Shown here piece after piece: positions 45,728-54,248 of a stretch of 62,648 bases of DNA (the stretch's first letter is position 1; each line of letters opens with the position of its first letter). The notes under the pieces were generated by a model. It had not been told where the DNA came from. It ran no database searches and was given only the letters and a program-made list of their open reading frames with translations. This stretch comes from a virus, in IMG/VR virus record IMGVR_UViG_3300008988_000001; one strand, 5' to 3'. A program made the position numbers and the translations under genes.

Positions 45728-46162
45728 CTATTTCTCCTTATGGCTTCTCTTGTGACCAGCCAGGGCCAGTGGTGAAGAAAGTTCTTTCCCGCAAATCTCA
45801 CAGATGAATGCAGGCTTGCCGACTTTGGGAGTTTCGACTGCCGGCAGCTCAGGAACCTCTTCCGTTGGAATGCGTATTTTGTCTTCTCCCTGGGCGAATG
45901 AATTAAGTGGTGTTTTGAAGAATTCTCCGATTCTCCGGGGCTCAATAATCACATTGAGCGCACCGGACGGCGCCAGCTGACAGAGGCATTCAGGGCAGGT
46001 CATTTCAGCGCTCAACGTCGTGGATGTCATGAGCCAGTCAATTGCATACGGCAGTAGACATTTGACCATACTCCCGTTAGGCGTTGCGTTTGGATCAAAC
46101 CTATCTGTTGTCTCAAAACTCTTTCTTTTACAGTTTGGGCACTGGACCTTCAGACCTTTCAT
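45728..46162 (-). CDS. Zinc-binding protein with an N-terminal zinc ribbon and a C-terminal classical C2H2 finger pattern
   Basis: CPNC...CPEC near the N-terminus. C-terminal CEICGKELSSPLALAGHKRSH fits C-x2-C-x12-H-x3-H. Confidence 0.55.
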   Translation of the reverse strand: MKGLKVQCPNCKRKSFETTDRFDPNATPNGSMVKCLLPYAIDWLMTSTTLSAEMTCPECLCQLAPSGALNVIIEPRRIGEFFKTPLNSFAQGEDKIRIPTEEVPELPAVETPKVGKPAFICEICGKELSSPLALAGHKRSHKEK

Positions 46163-46347
46163 GGCTTTACCTCCTGTACACTTACGCTCGTTACTGGGAC
46201 ATGATCTCCGTCATGATCAGGTATTTCAATTGTGGCGACATACCGTCTATTACCTGCCTTAATTTCGGTAGCCAGAGGGCAACTGCAGAAAAAGACGGAG
46301 TCTGGTTTCATCCATGGATACACTTCAAAATAGGCCTTAAGAATCAT
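46159..46347 (-). CDS. Hypothetical small protein
   Basis: 62-aa ORF, overlap-coupled. Confidence 0.4.
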   Translation of the reverse strand: MILKAYFEVYPWMKPDSVFFCSCPLATEIKAGNRRYVATIEIPDHDGDHVPVTSVSVQEVKP

Positions 46348-46601
46348 GGATTCCCTCCAAATAATCCGAGGAACCTTTCCGTTTGCTTCCGGACCTCCTC
46401 CGGCGATTGTTCGGCTCCCGGGAAAGCAGGAGCTTCACCGGCTTCCGGAATAGTGAAAAGTTCTCCTTTCGGTGTGCTGATAAATCCTTCACCCGGGCCA
46501 GCCTTCCCCTTGAACATTATCCAGGCCCCGGCCAGGACGCACAAAACGGCCAGCAAAGCCCCTCCGCCGATTAACGCCAATATCTGCCACACACTAACCA
46601 T
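46344..46601 (-). CDS. Small single-TM membrane protein
   Basis: The ATG at 46601 overlaps the upstream stop (ATGGTTAG). TM WQILALIGGGALLAVLCVLAGAWIMF. Confidence 0.45.
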   Translation of the reverse strand: MVSVWQILALIGGGALLAVLCVLAGAWIMFKGKAGPGEGFISTPKGELFTIPEAGEAPAFPGAEQSPEEVRKQTERFLGLFGGNP

Positions 46602-47310
46602 TGATCCCCTCCTCCACGACAAACATATTTTCTCTCGCATGGTCCATCCAGAGACATCTTGACAGTAGTGAATGAACCAGACCTCCAACGGCGAACACAG
46701 CCGGATCATCGCGCCTGAACGCTCTCAGACGGTTCTTTAAAATTTCAGATTGGCCAAAATAAAAACGAATATGCTCAGGGAGAATAACCGCATGCAGCGA
46801 CCTGACGTAATGATCGAAAGATTTTGGCGAGTAGTAATCATCCGGCGGCGCAATAAGAATTGCTGCACGGTCTCCGCCTTGCTCAATGAGTCTTTCGTTC
46901 AACAATGCCAGGGTTGTGATAAATCGATCAGGATCCCCGAGCCACACCTGCAGCAGGTTGGGATGCAGTCCAAATCCATATTGACTGCGCATACTCAATA
47001 TGTGCTGTAGCAGTGATGGAATGTCCTTGGATTCGGCTTCGGCCAATAATTGAAAATCAGCGTCTTGGGGCTTCTTTTTACCTTTGACAATACCGACTAT
47101 ACCGACGTAGCCAGGGCGCCCGTCGTCTTTCTCCGACACTTCAGTGGGCCAGCCGATACAGCCGAACAGATCGTAATACTTTTGATTAAGCTCCGTATGC
47201 TCATACCAGAAGGGACGCTCCACGAATGGCTGACCGGTCACAATGGCTTCGTCCCGGCGGGCCATATTGAGCTCCATGGCGTATTCTGTGACTACTTTTT
47301 TAATCTTCAT
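46594..47310 (-). CDS. Hypothetical protein coupled to terL
   Basis: 238-aa ORF that overlaps the terL stop by 11 nt. No family recognised. Confidence 0.55.
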   Translation of the reverse strand: MKIKKVVTEYAMELNMARRDEAIVTGQPFVERPFWYEHTELNQKYYDLFGCIGWPTEVSEKDDGRPGYVGIVGIVKGKKKPQDADFQLLAEAESKDIPSLLQHILSMRSQYGFGLHPNLLQVWLGDPDRFITTLALLNERLIEQGGDRAAILIAPPDDYYSPKSFDHYVRSLHAVILPEHIRFYFGQSEILKNRLRAFRRDDPAVFAVGGLVHSLLSRCLWMDHARENMFVVEEGING

Positions 47311-48934
47311 TAGGAAATGCCTCGAACATACAATCAGAGAAGAAGCTCCCGGTGCCGGCGAACGTCATGGCCAGCGAATCCAGGTAATTTGAAGATCGCT
47401 TCAGCACCTCCTTCATGTCGTCTTTCTTCATGACCTCGATCTTTCCGGAGTCCGTGCTGTAGGTTGGTACCGCCAATTCTTCCAGTAATTCTTCGATGGG
47501 AGGCAACATGGCTGACAGGTCAGTGCGGAGCCACTCCCGGACAGCCCACAGGAGTTGATCGCGCTTTATTTTGAAATCTCCCATGTCGGTTTTAGACGTC
47601 GGCTTTTCAGCCACCTTGACGCCAAGGGCAACGCATCCGCTCAGCTGCATTTGAGGGGCAACTCCCGAGCCGACGCCCGTCGCGCAGATATTTGCGCTGG
47701 ATATACCCTTATGGGTTTTGTACCAGGTCGTCGCCCTCGAACCTGTCTCAATTGTGTCGACACCTCCCCAGCTGTCAAATCCCGTCAGATATCCGCCATA
47801 ACGGCCACAGGCAACATTCAGGTCGTCTCCCATTTCAGCACAGTCCAGCCCCATGATCCCGGAGGTACCAACTGGAGGAACGTCGCCGTACTGCAAAACA
47901 TACATATCGTAGCGGGTGCGCGCGCGGGAAATCCATTCCTGTGAAATTAATTGATTGGTGCCCTGTGCCGGGTATTGGCCGAGGACCATATAGGAAAACG
48001 CCGGGTTTATTATTTTTCGCTTCCCTGCCGGCAATGGCGGATAATTACCGCCATTCTTGCGCGGCGCCGTAGCCCCAACGAGAAAATCAGGCAGAATAAA
48101 GAGGCTTTCCTTTTCCACCTTTTCGTCCGGATTTAATGGGCGCGTCCATTCATTAATCCGGCGAACCGTCGTGTCTCGAGTAACGGCGCCGGGGATTATA
48201 TCTTGACCAGTAACGACATTGGGGTGCCTGAGCGCCGATAGATGAACGATCTTGGCCGTGCCGTCGCGCTGCATACGGAATACTGCACCGGCGCCGTATC
48301 GGGGATTCAGCATGATCAGCAGCCGGACGTGCCCGCCAGACATACACGATTCAATCCCGGAGTAAACATCATCGGGAATCGCGTCGCCTTCATCGAGGAC
48401 GAACAGCATGTGCTTCTGGTGTTTTCCTGAGAATTTAGCTTCCCGCTCTTTTGGAGTTCCTGAGCTGGGGATTGATACGCCTGTGAGAAAATCTTCAGGG
48501 CCGCGGCGGATATCCAATGACGTAACCGTATGCGAGGAAAACATGGTCGGCTGTTTGGCCACGATGGAACCAATTTCACCCCAAAGAATGTTTTTCAAAT
48601 TAGTGAATGGTGGAGCAGCTGCGGTGAAGACTTTACAATCTTGGTGACATTGATAAAACCACACAGCCACCCGGGCAGCTCCGTGGCTCTTACCTGTAGC
48701 ATTACTCGAGACGGCAACAGTAACAATATTATCTCGGACTGATTCCATCATGGCGATTACATCGTCAGTCAGGGTTTCTCCTAAAATGTCCTTACAGAAT
48801 CCGACCGGATTATCAGCGTACTGCAAATAGGATTGTTTTGATTTCATCACAGAAAGAGCCCCTGGCTTCATCTTTGAGGCCAGCATTGCGGCGAATTCAT
48901 CGGGCGATTTTGTTATAACAGCCTGCGAAATCAC
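47300..48934 (-). CDS. terL: Terminase large subunit
   Basis: Walker A-like SSNATGKS, Walker B MLFVLDEGD, nuclease-domain acidic motif GLDCAEMGDD. Directly follows terS. Confidence 0.85.
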   Translation of the reverse strand: MISQAVITKSPDEFAAMLASKMKPGALSVMKSKQSYLQYADNPVGFCKDILGETLTDDVIAMMESVRDNIVTVAVSSNATGKSHGAARVAVWFYQCHQDCKVFTAAAPPFTNLKNILWGEIGSIVAKQPTMFSSHTVTSLDIRRGPEDFLTGVSIPSSGTPKEREAKFSGKHQKHMLFVLDEGDAIPDDVYSGIESCMSGGHVRLLIMLNPRYGAGAVFRMQRDGTAKIVHLSALRHPNVVTGQDIIPGAVTRDTTVRRINEWTRPLNPDEKVEKESLFILPDFLVGATAPRKNGGNYPPLPAGKRKIINPAFSYMVLGQYPAQGTNQLISQEWISRARTRYDMYVLQYGDVPPVGTSGIMGLDCAEMGDDLNVACGRYGGYLTGFDSWGGVDTIETGSRATTWYKTHKGISSANICATGVGSGVAPQMQLSGCVALGVKVAEKPTSKTDMGDFKIKRDQLLWAVREWLRTDLSAMLPPIEELLEELAVPTYSTDSGKIEVMKKDDMKEVLKRSSNYLDSLAMTFAGTGSFFSDCMFEAFPNED

Positions 48935-49581
48935 TTGTTTTCCTTCATTTCAAGTAGTTTGGCTCTAACGGCAGTCGCGTATTCTGGCGGCAACGCCCCT
49001 AAAATCAATTCCACGGTCTGGTCATCCAGCCCGATTTCTTTGCGATCACGAAACATCCCAAGTTCTTTACCCATATTAATCAGCGGCGTAATTTTATCGT
49101 GGAGTTCAAATTCAAATGTGCTTTCGAGGATTGTATCTTCAGATGGTTTATCTTTGGTGCCCTGGATGGATTTAATAACGCGCCGCTCTTTTACTTTTTT
49201 AATTGCGCGGCTGGCTCCTACTGGAAGGTTATTAATGCCGACAGCCTGGACACAGCCGACCTCGTCAATGGTGATGTGATCTTTCATGTCAGAGAAGCCG
49301 AGTAGCGATAGCTCGCGCATTATTTTCTCTTTGGAAATTATTACTTTATTTTCAATCAGGCTTTCCAGGCGGGCTATTTCTTTTTGAATAATGACTTTAG
49401 ATAACAGACGTGATGCTTGTTCCTGGGCGGTCTTTTTTGAATACCCGGCGCGGATTGCCGCCTGGGTGCCGTTATAATCCCTGACGTATTCCCGACAAAA
49501 TGCACGTTGCTTATCGCTCAATCCATTTTTCATGGCTCCAATAATAACATGGCCTTTTTTTTGAAATTCCCCAAAGGGCAT
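48931..49581 (-). CDS. terS: Terminase small subunit (Terminase_2-like)
   Basis: LSDKQRAFCREYVRDYNGTQAAIRAGYSKKTAQEQASRLL signature. The start could instead be the ATG at 49533. Confidence 0.8.
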   Translation of the reverse strand: MPFGEFQKKGHVIIGAMKNGLSDKQRAFCREYVRDYNGTQAAIRAGYSKKTAQEQASRLLSKVIIQKEIARLESLIENKVIISKEKIMRELSLLGFSDMKDHITIDEVGCVQAVGINNLPVGASRAIKKVKERRVIKSIQGTKDKPSEDTILESTFEFELHDKITPLINMGKELGMFRDRKEIGLDDQTVELILGALPPEYATAVRAKLLEMKENK

Positions 49582-49607
49582 TGAAGGGGCATTAAGTGAC
49601 CATTGAG

Positions 49608-49628
49608 CGACCGCGAAACGACCGCGAA
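49608..49628. repeat. Tandem direct repeat CGACCGCGAA x2 (11-bp period) between the HTH gene and terS
   Basis: Exact 10-mers at 49608..49617 and 49619..49628. Confidence 0.5.
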
Positions 49629-49632
49629 TAGG

Positions 49633-49827
49633 CTATTGACACGCCTTATTTTCGAGCCACCGTTGAAACGCTGCTTCCGACATCCAGTAATCCCGGCCAA
49701 CTTTTTTAGCTGGCAGCGGGTCTGACTTTCGATGGATCAGTTTCGACGTCGCCTTTTTGCGCTTACTAATGCGCTGAGCTATTTCTTCGATGGTCCTGTA
49801 TTCTGTTTTAATTAAAATCTCGCTCAT
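49633..49827 (-). CDS. Excisionase-family (MerR/HTH_17-like) DNA-binding protein
   Basis: TIEEIAQRISKRKKATSKLIHRK..PLPAKKVGRDYWMSEAAFQRWLE fits the Xis/AlpA-type HTH. ATGA overlap with the upstream gene at 49827. Confidence 0.55.
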   Translation of the reverse strand: MSEILIKTEYRTIEEIAQRISKRKKATSKLIHRKSDPLPAKKVGRDYWMSEAAFQRWLENKACQ

Positions 49828-50027
49828 TCCCTCACCCATTTCACCAGCCCGTAAATCGACAAGATCAGGTACACGACAAACATCACGCCTTGTTCCGGTA
49901 GGCCATTGTAAAAATCAATCGCCGCCCAGCTTCCATTGGTGCCGATCCAGAGCACGAAACACCACGGGTTTTTCCGGATGTTCAGCCACACGCCGATGAG
50001 CGATATCGCAGTTAATATCCAGATCAA
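49824..50027 (-). CDS. Small 2-3 TM membrane protein (weak PnuC-repeat resemblance)
   Basis: 67-aa hydrophobic ORF: IWILTAISLIGVWLNIRKNPWCFVLW....VMFVVYLILSIYGLVKW. Confidence 0.4.
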   Translation of the reverse strand: MIWILTAISLIGVWLNIRKNPWCFVLWIGTNGSWAAIDFYNGLPEQGVMFVVYLILSIYGLVKWVRE

Positions 50028-50302
50028 TTTGGTATCACCAAGCTGGTTGTTGCTTTGACATACTTGCTATACAAAAGCTTATCCAGGACGTCGCCAATAT
50101 AAAGCGGCACTTCATATAAATCGATTTTGTCCGGGCAGCCGAGTAATTCAACGGGAATTATCTCTTCTGGATTGGCCGGCATCCTGACCAATACCCGCGG
50201 TGAGATAATACTTATGTGAAGAAAATCTTCTTTTTGATCACACTCCACACTTCCGATAATCACATGGCCGTTTTTTAATGTTACAACCTTGACACCATTC
50301 AT
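50024..50302 (-). CDS. Hypothetical protein
   Basis: 92-aa ORF, overlap-coupled. Confidence 0.45.
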   Translation of the reverse strand: MNGVKVVTLKNGHVIIGSVECDQKEDFLHISIISPRVLVRMPANPEEIIPVELLGCPDKIDLYEVPLYIGDVLDKLLYSKYVKATTSLVIPN

Positions 50303-50466
50303 TGTTTTTCCTCCTTATTTAATTTCTGAAAGTTTTCATCGTAAAATTGCTTATCAAGGGCAAGTTTATTTTCATCCAACTGCGACAACTCTTCCTTGTC
50401 CCATTTAATCCGTTGCTTCAGAAGGGTTATTCGCGATTTAATCTTATCCAGCTCGTCTTTGGTCAT
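50299..50466 (-). CDS. Hypothetical small coiled-coil protein
   Basis: The ATG at 50466 forms an ATGA overlap with the upstream stop. The ORF is open to 50523. Confidence 0.4.
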   Translation of the reverse strand: MTKDELDKIKSRITLLKQRIKWDKEELSQLDENKLALDKQFYDENFQKLNKEEKQ

Positions 50467-51329
50467 TGCATCGGCCTCCCAATATTTGAGAGCATTTCCC
50501 CAAAAGTGTCGGTGTTTTTCCAATAATTACATTTCCGTTCTTCATCCTCAGCATTAAACTTCCCGTCTTCAATCCGGATAACACGATCAAGATAAGCCGG
50601 TATGGCTTTGACGACATCCGGAGCACGGATGAGGGAATCGATGCTTTTTAGTATTGCTTTCGGATGTTTAAATCTGAGATTAGCCTGTACGAAGACGAGG
50701 ATTTCCTGCTGTTGGCGTGGATCAGGATAACGTGTTTTTGTTTTTTCCAGAGTTTCTTTCAGGGAGGACATGAATTCGGCTTTCATCTGCTCGCGTTCAT
50801 CGGGTTCGTCCGGGGTTTGTTCTTCTGGAGGTTCTTCTGTTTTTAAAGAGGCAGGATTTAAATCTTGATTTTCCATACTAACTAAATCAGTAGCTTTTAA
50901 TAAGTTATTAGAAGATGAAATAGAAGATGAAGATGAAAGGCATGGCTCCGGCATATGCTGTGGCATTGCCGTGGCTTGTTCCGTGGTATGTGCCGTGGCA
51001 TCATCTTTTCCCCAACGCTTTTTTGCCTTAACCTTTTGAGTTTCAAGGAAATGTTTTTGTTTCTGCCTGACGTTTTCTAGCTTCAAATTGACTCCACGAT
51101 TGGTTTCGTCATATACGAACTTGGAGGCCATTTCTGGCCAACTTTTGGAAAACTTTTTGATGCTAACAAATGTTATTTGGGCGAGCGTTTTGTGATCTTT
51201 TGGAATGCTTCCATTGACCCATTGATGATTTAGAAGGCGGTTGTAAATACCAAAAGCTTCTGCAGACCACTCGTTTGTGTCCATGTAAATATCCGCAGCG
51301 TACATTTGAAATGCTGGTGCGTTTGCCAT
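50463..51329 (-). CDS. YdaU/DUF1376-family replication-associated protein
   Basis: The N-terminus PAFQMYAADIYMDTNEWSAEAFGIYNRLLNHQWVNGSIPKD matches the DUF1376 signature as recalled. Confidence 0.7.
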   Translation of the reverse strand: MANAPAFQMYAADIYMDTNEWSAEAFGIYNRLLNHQWVNGSIPKDHKTLAQITFVSIKKFSKSWPEMASKFVYDETNRGVNLKLENVRQKQKHFLETQKVKAKKRWGKDDATAHTTEQATAMPQHMPEPCLSSSSSISSSNNLLKATDLVSMENQDLNPASLKTEEPPEEQTPDEPDEREQMKAEFMSSLKETLEKTKTRYPDPRQQQEILVFVQANLRFKHPKAILKSIDSLIRAPDVVKAIPAYLDRVIRIEDGKFNAEDEERKCNYWKNTDTFGEMLSNIGRPMQ

Positions 51330-51375
51330 TTTTAAGCCGCCTGGTATCGTTTAATGACTTCAATTGTCTGGTTGA

Positions 51376-51900
51376 TTACCGTATAACCTCTTCCATCAGT
51401 TCGTGGCGCCGGTCTTCCAGTGTGGCGATGATTCCGGTGTCTGTTTTCCTGTTTTTAGACATGATTTGGGGAGGAATGTTTTTCTGTTGTTTTTCGGAAT
51501 TTGCTGGTATCGGTTTGGCCGATGCCGTCAGTTTTTTTTCTCGCCGGAGAGGTTTTGTGGCTGGGTTTGTAAATCGTTCTTTTGCGGCGGCCAGTGCCGT
51601 TTCATATTCCGGAGTTCCTTTTGTTTTGCCCTTAACTGAGTTATTACATCCACCACAAAGATGATCTGCCTGGATTGCCATAACACGATTACAATTCCGG
51701 CATTCTTTATGTATTGCCATTTCATTATCCTCCGTTTTTACTGGTTTTTCCGTGGTTATAATTTTGGTTATATTTTCGACTGGTTTTAGTAAATCAACCC
51801 TTGATTCACCATTTCTCAGCCATCGGGCCCGACAATCAATACAAACGAAATCCACGCCGTCGTAAAATGTGTTATGAGATTTACAGGATGGGCAGATCAT
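51376..51900 (-). CDS. Zinc-ribbon protein (three CxxC pairs)
   Basis: CPSC...CIDC, CRNC...CGGC. Confidence 0.5.
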   Translation of the reverse strand: MICPSCKSHNTFYDGVDFVCIDCRARWLRNGESRVDLLKPVENITKIITTEKPVKTEDNEMAIHKECRNCNRVMAIQADHLCGGCNNSVKGKTKGTPEYETALAAAKERFTNPATKPLRREKKLTASAKPIPANSEKQQKNIPPQIMSKNRKTDTGIIATLEDRRHELMEEVIR

Positions 51901-52370
51901 CTTCTTTCACCCTGAAGCGCCTGAATGTTTTTAATTACATTCAAAGTATTTATTTCACTGATGGCCAATAAAGCAGGGGATATGCCGTATTTTCCCAACA
52001 TTGCCTTCTCAAACAAAAGATACTCTTTCCATTGCTGCCGGTAATCATCAATATGGCACGTTATTATCTGATTCTTTTTAAGCAGGATCCTATCTGCCCA
52101 TTCTTGCGACCGGACGCCGCTTTCGATTATTTTCTTTTTGAACTGCTCCGGTGCCCGGTGCGCTGAATAGGCGCCACCTGTATGATGAAAAGCGGATAAA
52201 TATAAACATGCGTCAGGATCATACCGGATTGAGAGATTCTTTTTGCTGTACCAGTGATGCGGATCGCAGGCTGTCTCAAAGCATTCCGGATATTCGCAGT
52301 GTCCGTCCGCGCGAATTAAAACGACATCCCGTAGAAGATCCAAAAGGTATTCGTCAGATACTCTTTGCAT
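51897..52370 (-). CDS. HNH/NinG-like Cys-His protein (weak)
   Basis: GHCEYPEC....CDPHHW.......SAFHH pattern. AAGAGG RBS before the ATG at 52370; the ORF is open to 52454. Confidence 0.4.
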   Translation of the reverse strand: MQRVSDEYLLDLLRDVVLIRADGHCEYPECFETACDPHHWYSKKNLSIRYDPDACLYLSAFHHTGGAYSAHRAPEQFKKKIIESGVRSQEWADRILLKKNQIITCHIDDYRQQWKEYLLFEKAMLGKYGISPALLAISEINTLNVIKNIQALQGERR

Positions 52371-52626
52371 GTGCCTCTTTTTCCGCTGCTGCGATTGCTC
52401 CGCTGTCCTGGGGATTGCTATCGTAAAGCTTCTGTAACTCTCCCGGATAGTCATAACTAAGTGGATAGGCGTTCACCTGGCGGACCATTCCCTTAATAAT
52501 TACAGTGTACGCCTCAATCTTTTTCTGTAGCTGCTCGTGAGCGGCGGCTTTCTTCGATGATCGAGTGTCACCGCTGGACGGATGTGCCCATTCACTGACG
52601 TTTGGTTTCTCAAGGATGTTGGTCAT
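52354..52626 (-). CDS. Hypothetical protein
   Basis: 90-aa ORF. Confidence 0.4.
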   Translation of the reverse strand: MTNILEKPNVSEWAHPSSGDTRSSKKAAAHEQLQKKIEAYTVIIKGMVRQVNAYPLSYDYPGELQKLYDSNPQDSGAIAAAEKEAHAKSI

Positions 52627-53057
52627 ACTGCTCTTACCTCTTTAAAAAATCTCTTAATCGCGTTCATTTCAATTCGCGACTTTTCCAGTTCTTCATTCAG
52701 CGCGTCGCGTTCCCGTTCCAGTGTTGTTTTTGTTGGTTTTAATTCTTGCCCGTATCTCATTGCCAACCATTGAAGCGGCACCCAATTGCCGCATAGATCC
52801 ATAAGACAGGGGATTTTTTCAGATGGGAAATGAGCGCTGCCGCTCCATATCCGGGACCATTGCGCGGGATCAATGTTCAATTCCCCGCAAACCTGCTGAT
52901 CTGTCAGTCCGGAAATATCTTTGCACAGCTTCAGCGCAGCTTTGAAATCGGGAATCTTGGCAATGACTTCCATCGAAACGTTTTGCTTTGCATTCATCAG
53001 CATAAGCTCGCCATTTTTCATGTCATTAAAATCCTTTTGTTTTTTAACCGTCAACAT
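52623..53057 (-). CDS. CII-like / phage regulatory HTH protein candidate
   Basis: 144-aa ORF. GLTDQQVCGELNIDPAQWSRIWSG is an HTH-like segment. Second gene of the leftward early arm after a structured gap. Confidence 0.45.
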   Translation of the reverse strand: MLTVKKQKDFNDMKNGELMLMNAKQNVSMEVIAKIPDFKAALKLCKDISGLTDQQVCGELNIDPAQWSRIWSGSAHFPSEKIPCLMDLCGNWVPLQWLAMRYGQELKPTKTTLERERDALNEELEKSRIEMNAIKRFFKEVRAV

Positions 53058-53409
53058 CGCTCAATACGCTTTTCTTGACTTGATTGTCGGTGTTTAGGTA
53101 AAATTTTTTCCACGGTTCAGGTGAATGGAATTTTAAAAGGACGTTACCCATGAGACAGACTCCAAAAAACATATTGAAATTAAATGAAAAAAGTTTAAAA
53201 TCAGGCAGGGTTTGCAGTCTTGGCGGACGGAAAGCGCTTATGCGCGATCCTGCGCCCCCTGCCCTTTTGCGTTTAAAGGAAGAGAGGAAAGTGGCCACGT
53301 ATCGGTTGCGCAAACATTGGGGAATCAAAGTAGGCCCTCCCTGGTGGATAAAGGCGTCCTTGAGGCGAGACTCCAATGCTCATAGTCCGGTAATCCTCTC
53401 TTCCTGTTT

Positions 53410-53646
53410 TCATGCGGCCGCGCCCGTTTTGTTGGTTGGGGACGCGCTGGGATTGGCGTCGTCTGGGTAAAGAAGCTCATCGGTTGTCACCAAACCGCCA
53501 GTTGCATTAGATATCAAACGGGCGTTACCTGGTCGCAACACTTTCTTTTTAGCAGCACGCCATACCGTTGTTGCTGGGATGCTGTGCTTTTCGGCAAACC
53601 CATTTATTGTTTGTTCTGTGTCTTGTAAAAAAGTATCCATTTTCAT
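53410..53646 (-). CDS. Cro/YdaS-like HTH regulator
   Basis: FAEKHSIPATTVWRAAKKK......ISNATGGLVTTDELLYPD fits the YdaS/Cro pattern. Divergent from the CI-like gene. The predicted promoter would give a leaderless or near-leaderless mRNA. Confidence 0.6.
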   Translation of the reverse strand: MKMDTFLQDTEQTINGFAEKHSIPATTVWRAAKKKVLRPGNARLISNATGGLVTTDELLYPDDANPSASPTNKTGAAA

Positions 53647-53654
53647 GAGAAAGG

Positions 53655-53708
53655 ATTATTTCATAAGTGAAGGATGAAATCAAGAAGAATGTTTCGATAC
53701 TGAAACTA
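53655..53708 (-). promoter_or_regulatory. Leftward early promoter with two operator-like sites
   Basis: On the minus strand: -35 TTGATT (53683..53678), 17-nt spacer, -10 AATAAT (53660..53655). Operator copies lie at 53688..53708 and about 53656..53676. The module is homologous to the one at 56623..56676. Confidence 0.5.
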
Positions 53709-54116
53709 TTGCCCGTCGTCCGCAAGGCCATGAACGAAAAAGGATGGACTGAAGACGCTCGCTTAAGTGAAGCGTCTGGCGTTTCCACTGGGGTCGTGAG
53801 CCGATTTTTAAATCGGGGGGAAATTAGCGGGGAAAATCTTTGCGTAATACTAAATTCCCTCGAATTGATTAACAATACACCGACCAATAAAAAAAATATT
53901 ACAAATTGTGCATTGCCGCCGGAAGCAGCGGATATATGTGACATGATAAAAGATATTTATTCGTCCAGCGATGAACAAATGCACGAAGCTTTATACACAA
54001 ATCTCATTGCCTTTAAAAATTCGGCCAAAAAAGATGAAAGAATTGAAAATCTCGAAAAAAGAATTGAGCGGGTTGAAAAAATTGCGTCTCTGAAACTAAA
54101 TACCGATACCGACTAG
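53667..54116 (+). CDS. CI-like XRE-family HTH repressor
   Basis: LLPVVRKAMNEKGWTEDARLSEASGVSTGVVSRFLNRGEISGENLCVILNSL is an XRE-type HTH. A GTG start at 53667 keeps helix 1; the alternative ATG is at 53730. Confidence 0.65.
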   Translation: MKDEIKKNVSILKLLPVVRKAMNEKGWTEDARLSEASGVSTGVVSRFLNRGEISGENLCVILNSLELINNTPTNKKNITNCALPPEAADICDMIKDIYSSSDEQMHEALYTNLIAFKNSAKKDERIENLEKRIERVEKIASLKLNTDTD

Positions 54117-54166
54117 GCCGTATCATCGAGTATCGGGAAGAAGGAAATATTGCATACGGCGTTTTT
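54117..54166 (+). terminator. Possible terminator after the CI-like gene (weak)
   Basis: GCCGTAT...ATACGGC 7-bp stem with a 30-nt loop, followed by GTTTTT. Confidence 0.3.
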
Positions 54167-54248
54167 GGATATGCCGTTTATTGTTGTGTGCCAAGGTGGT
54201 TGTTTTATTCTGAGGTTTTGAAAACACATTTATAAAACGAGAAAACAA

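Noticed and set aside
45475-45945. Full-length 156-aa ORF overlapping the 3' end of the C2H2 gene
   Set aside because: Its N-terminal 74 codons lie out of frame inside the better-supported 45728..46162 gene. Only the part downstream of the internal ATG at 45723 was kept, and at low confidence.
53044-53470. ORFs 53044..53376 (minus strand) and 53150..53470 (plus strand) in the cro-cII gap
   Set aside because: They overlap each other and have no RBS. Their translations are implausible (homopolymeric or low-complexity stretches). The region is better explained as structured noncoding sequence.
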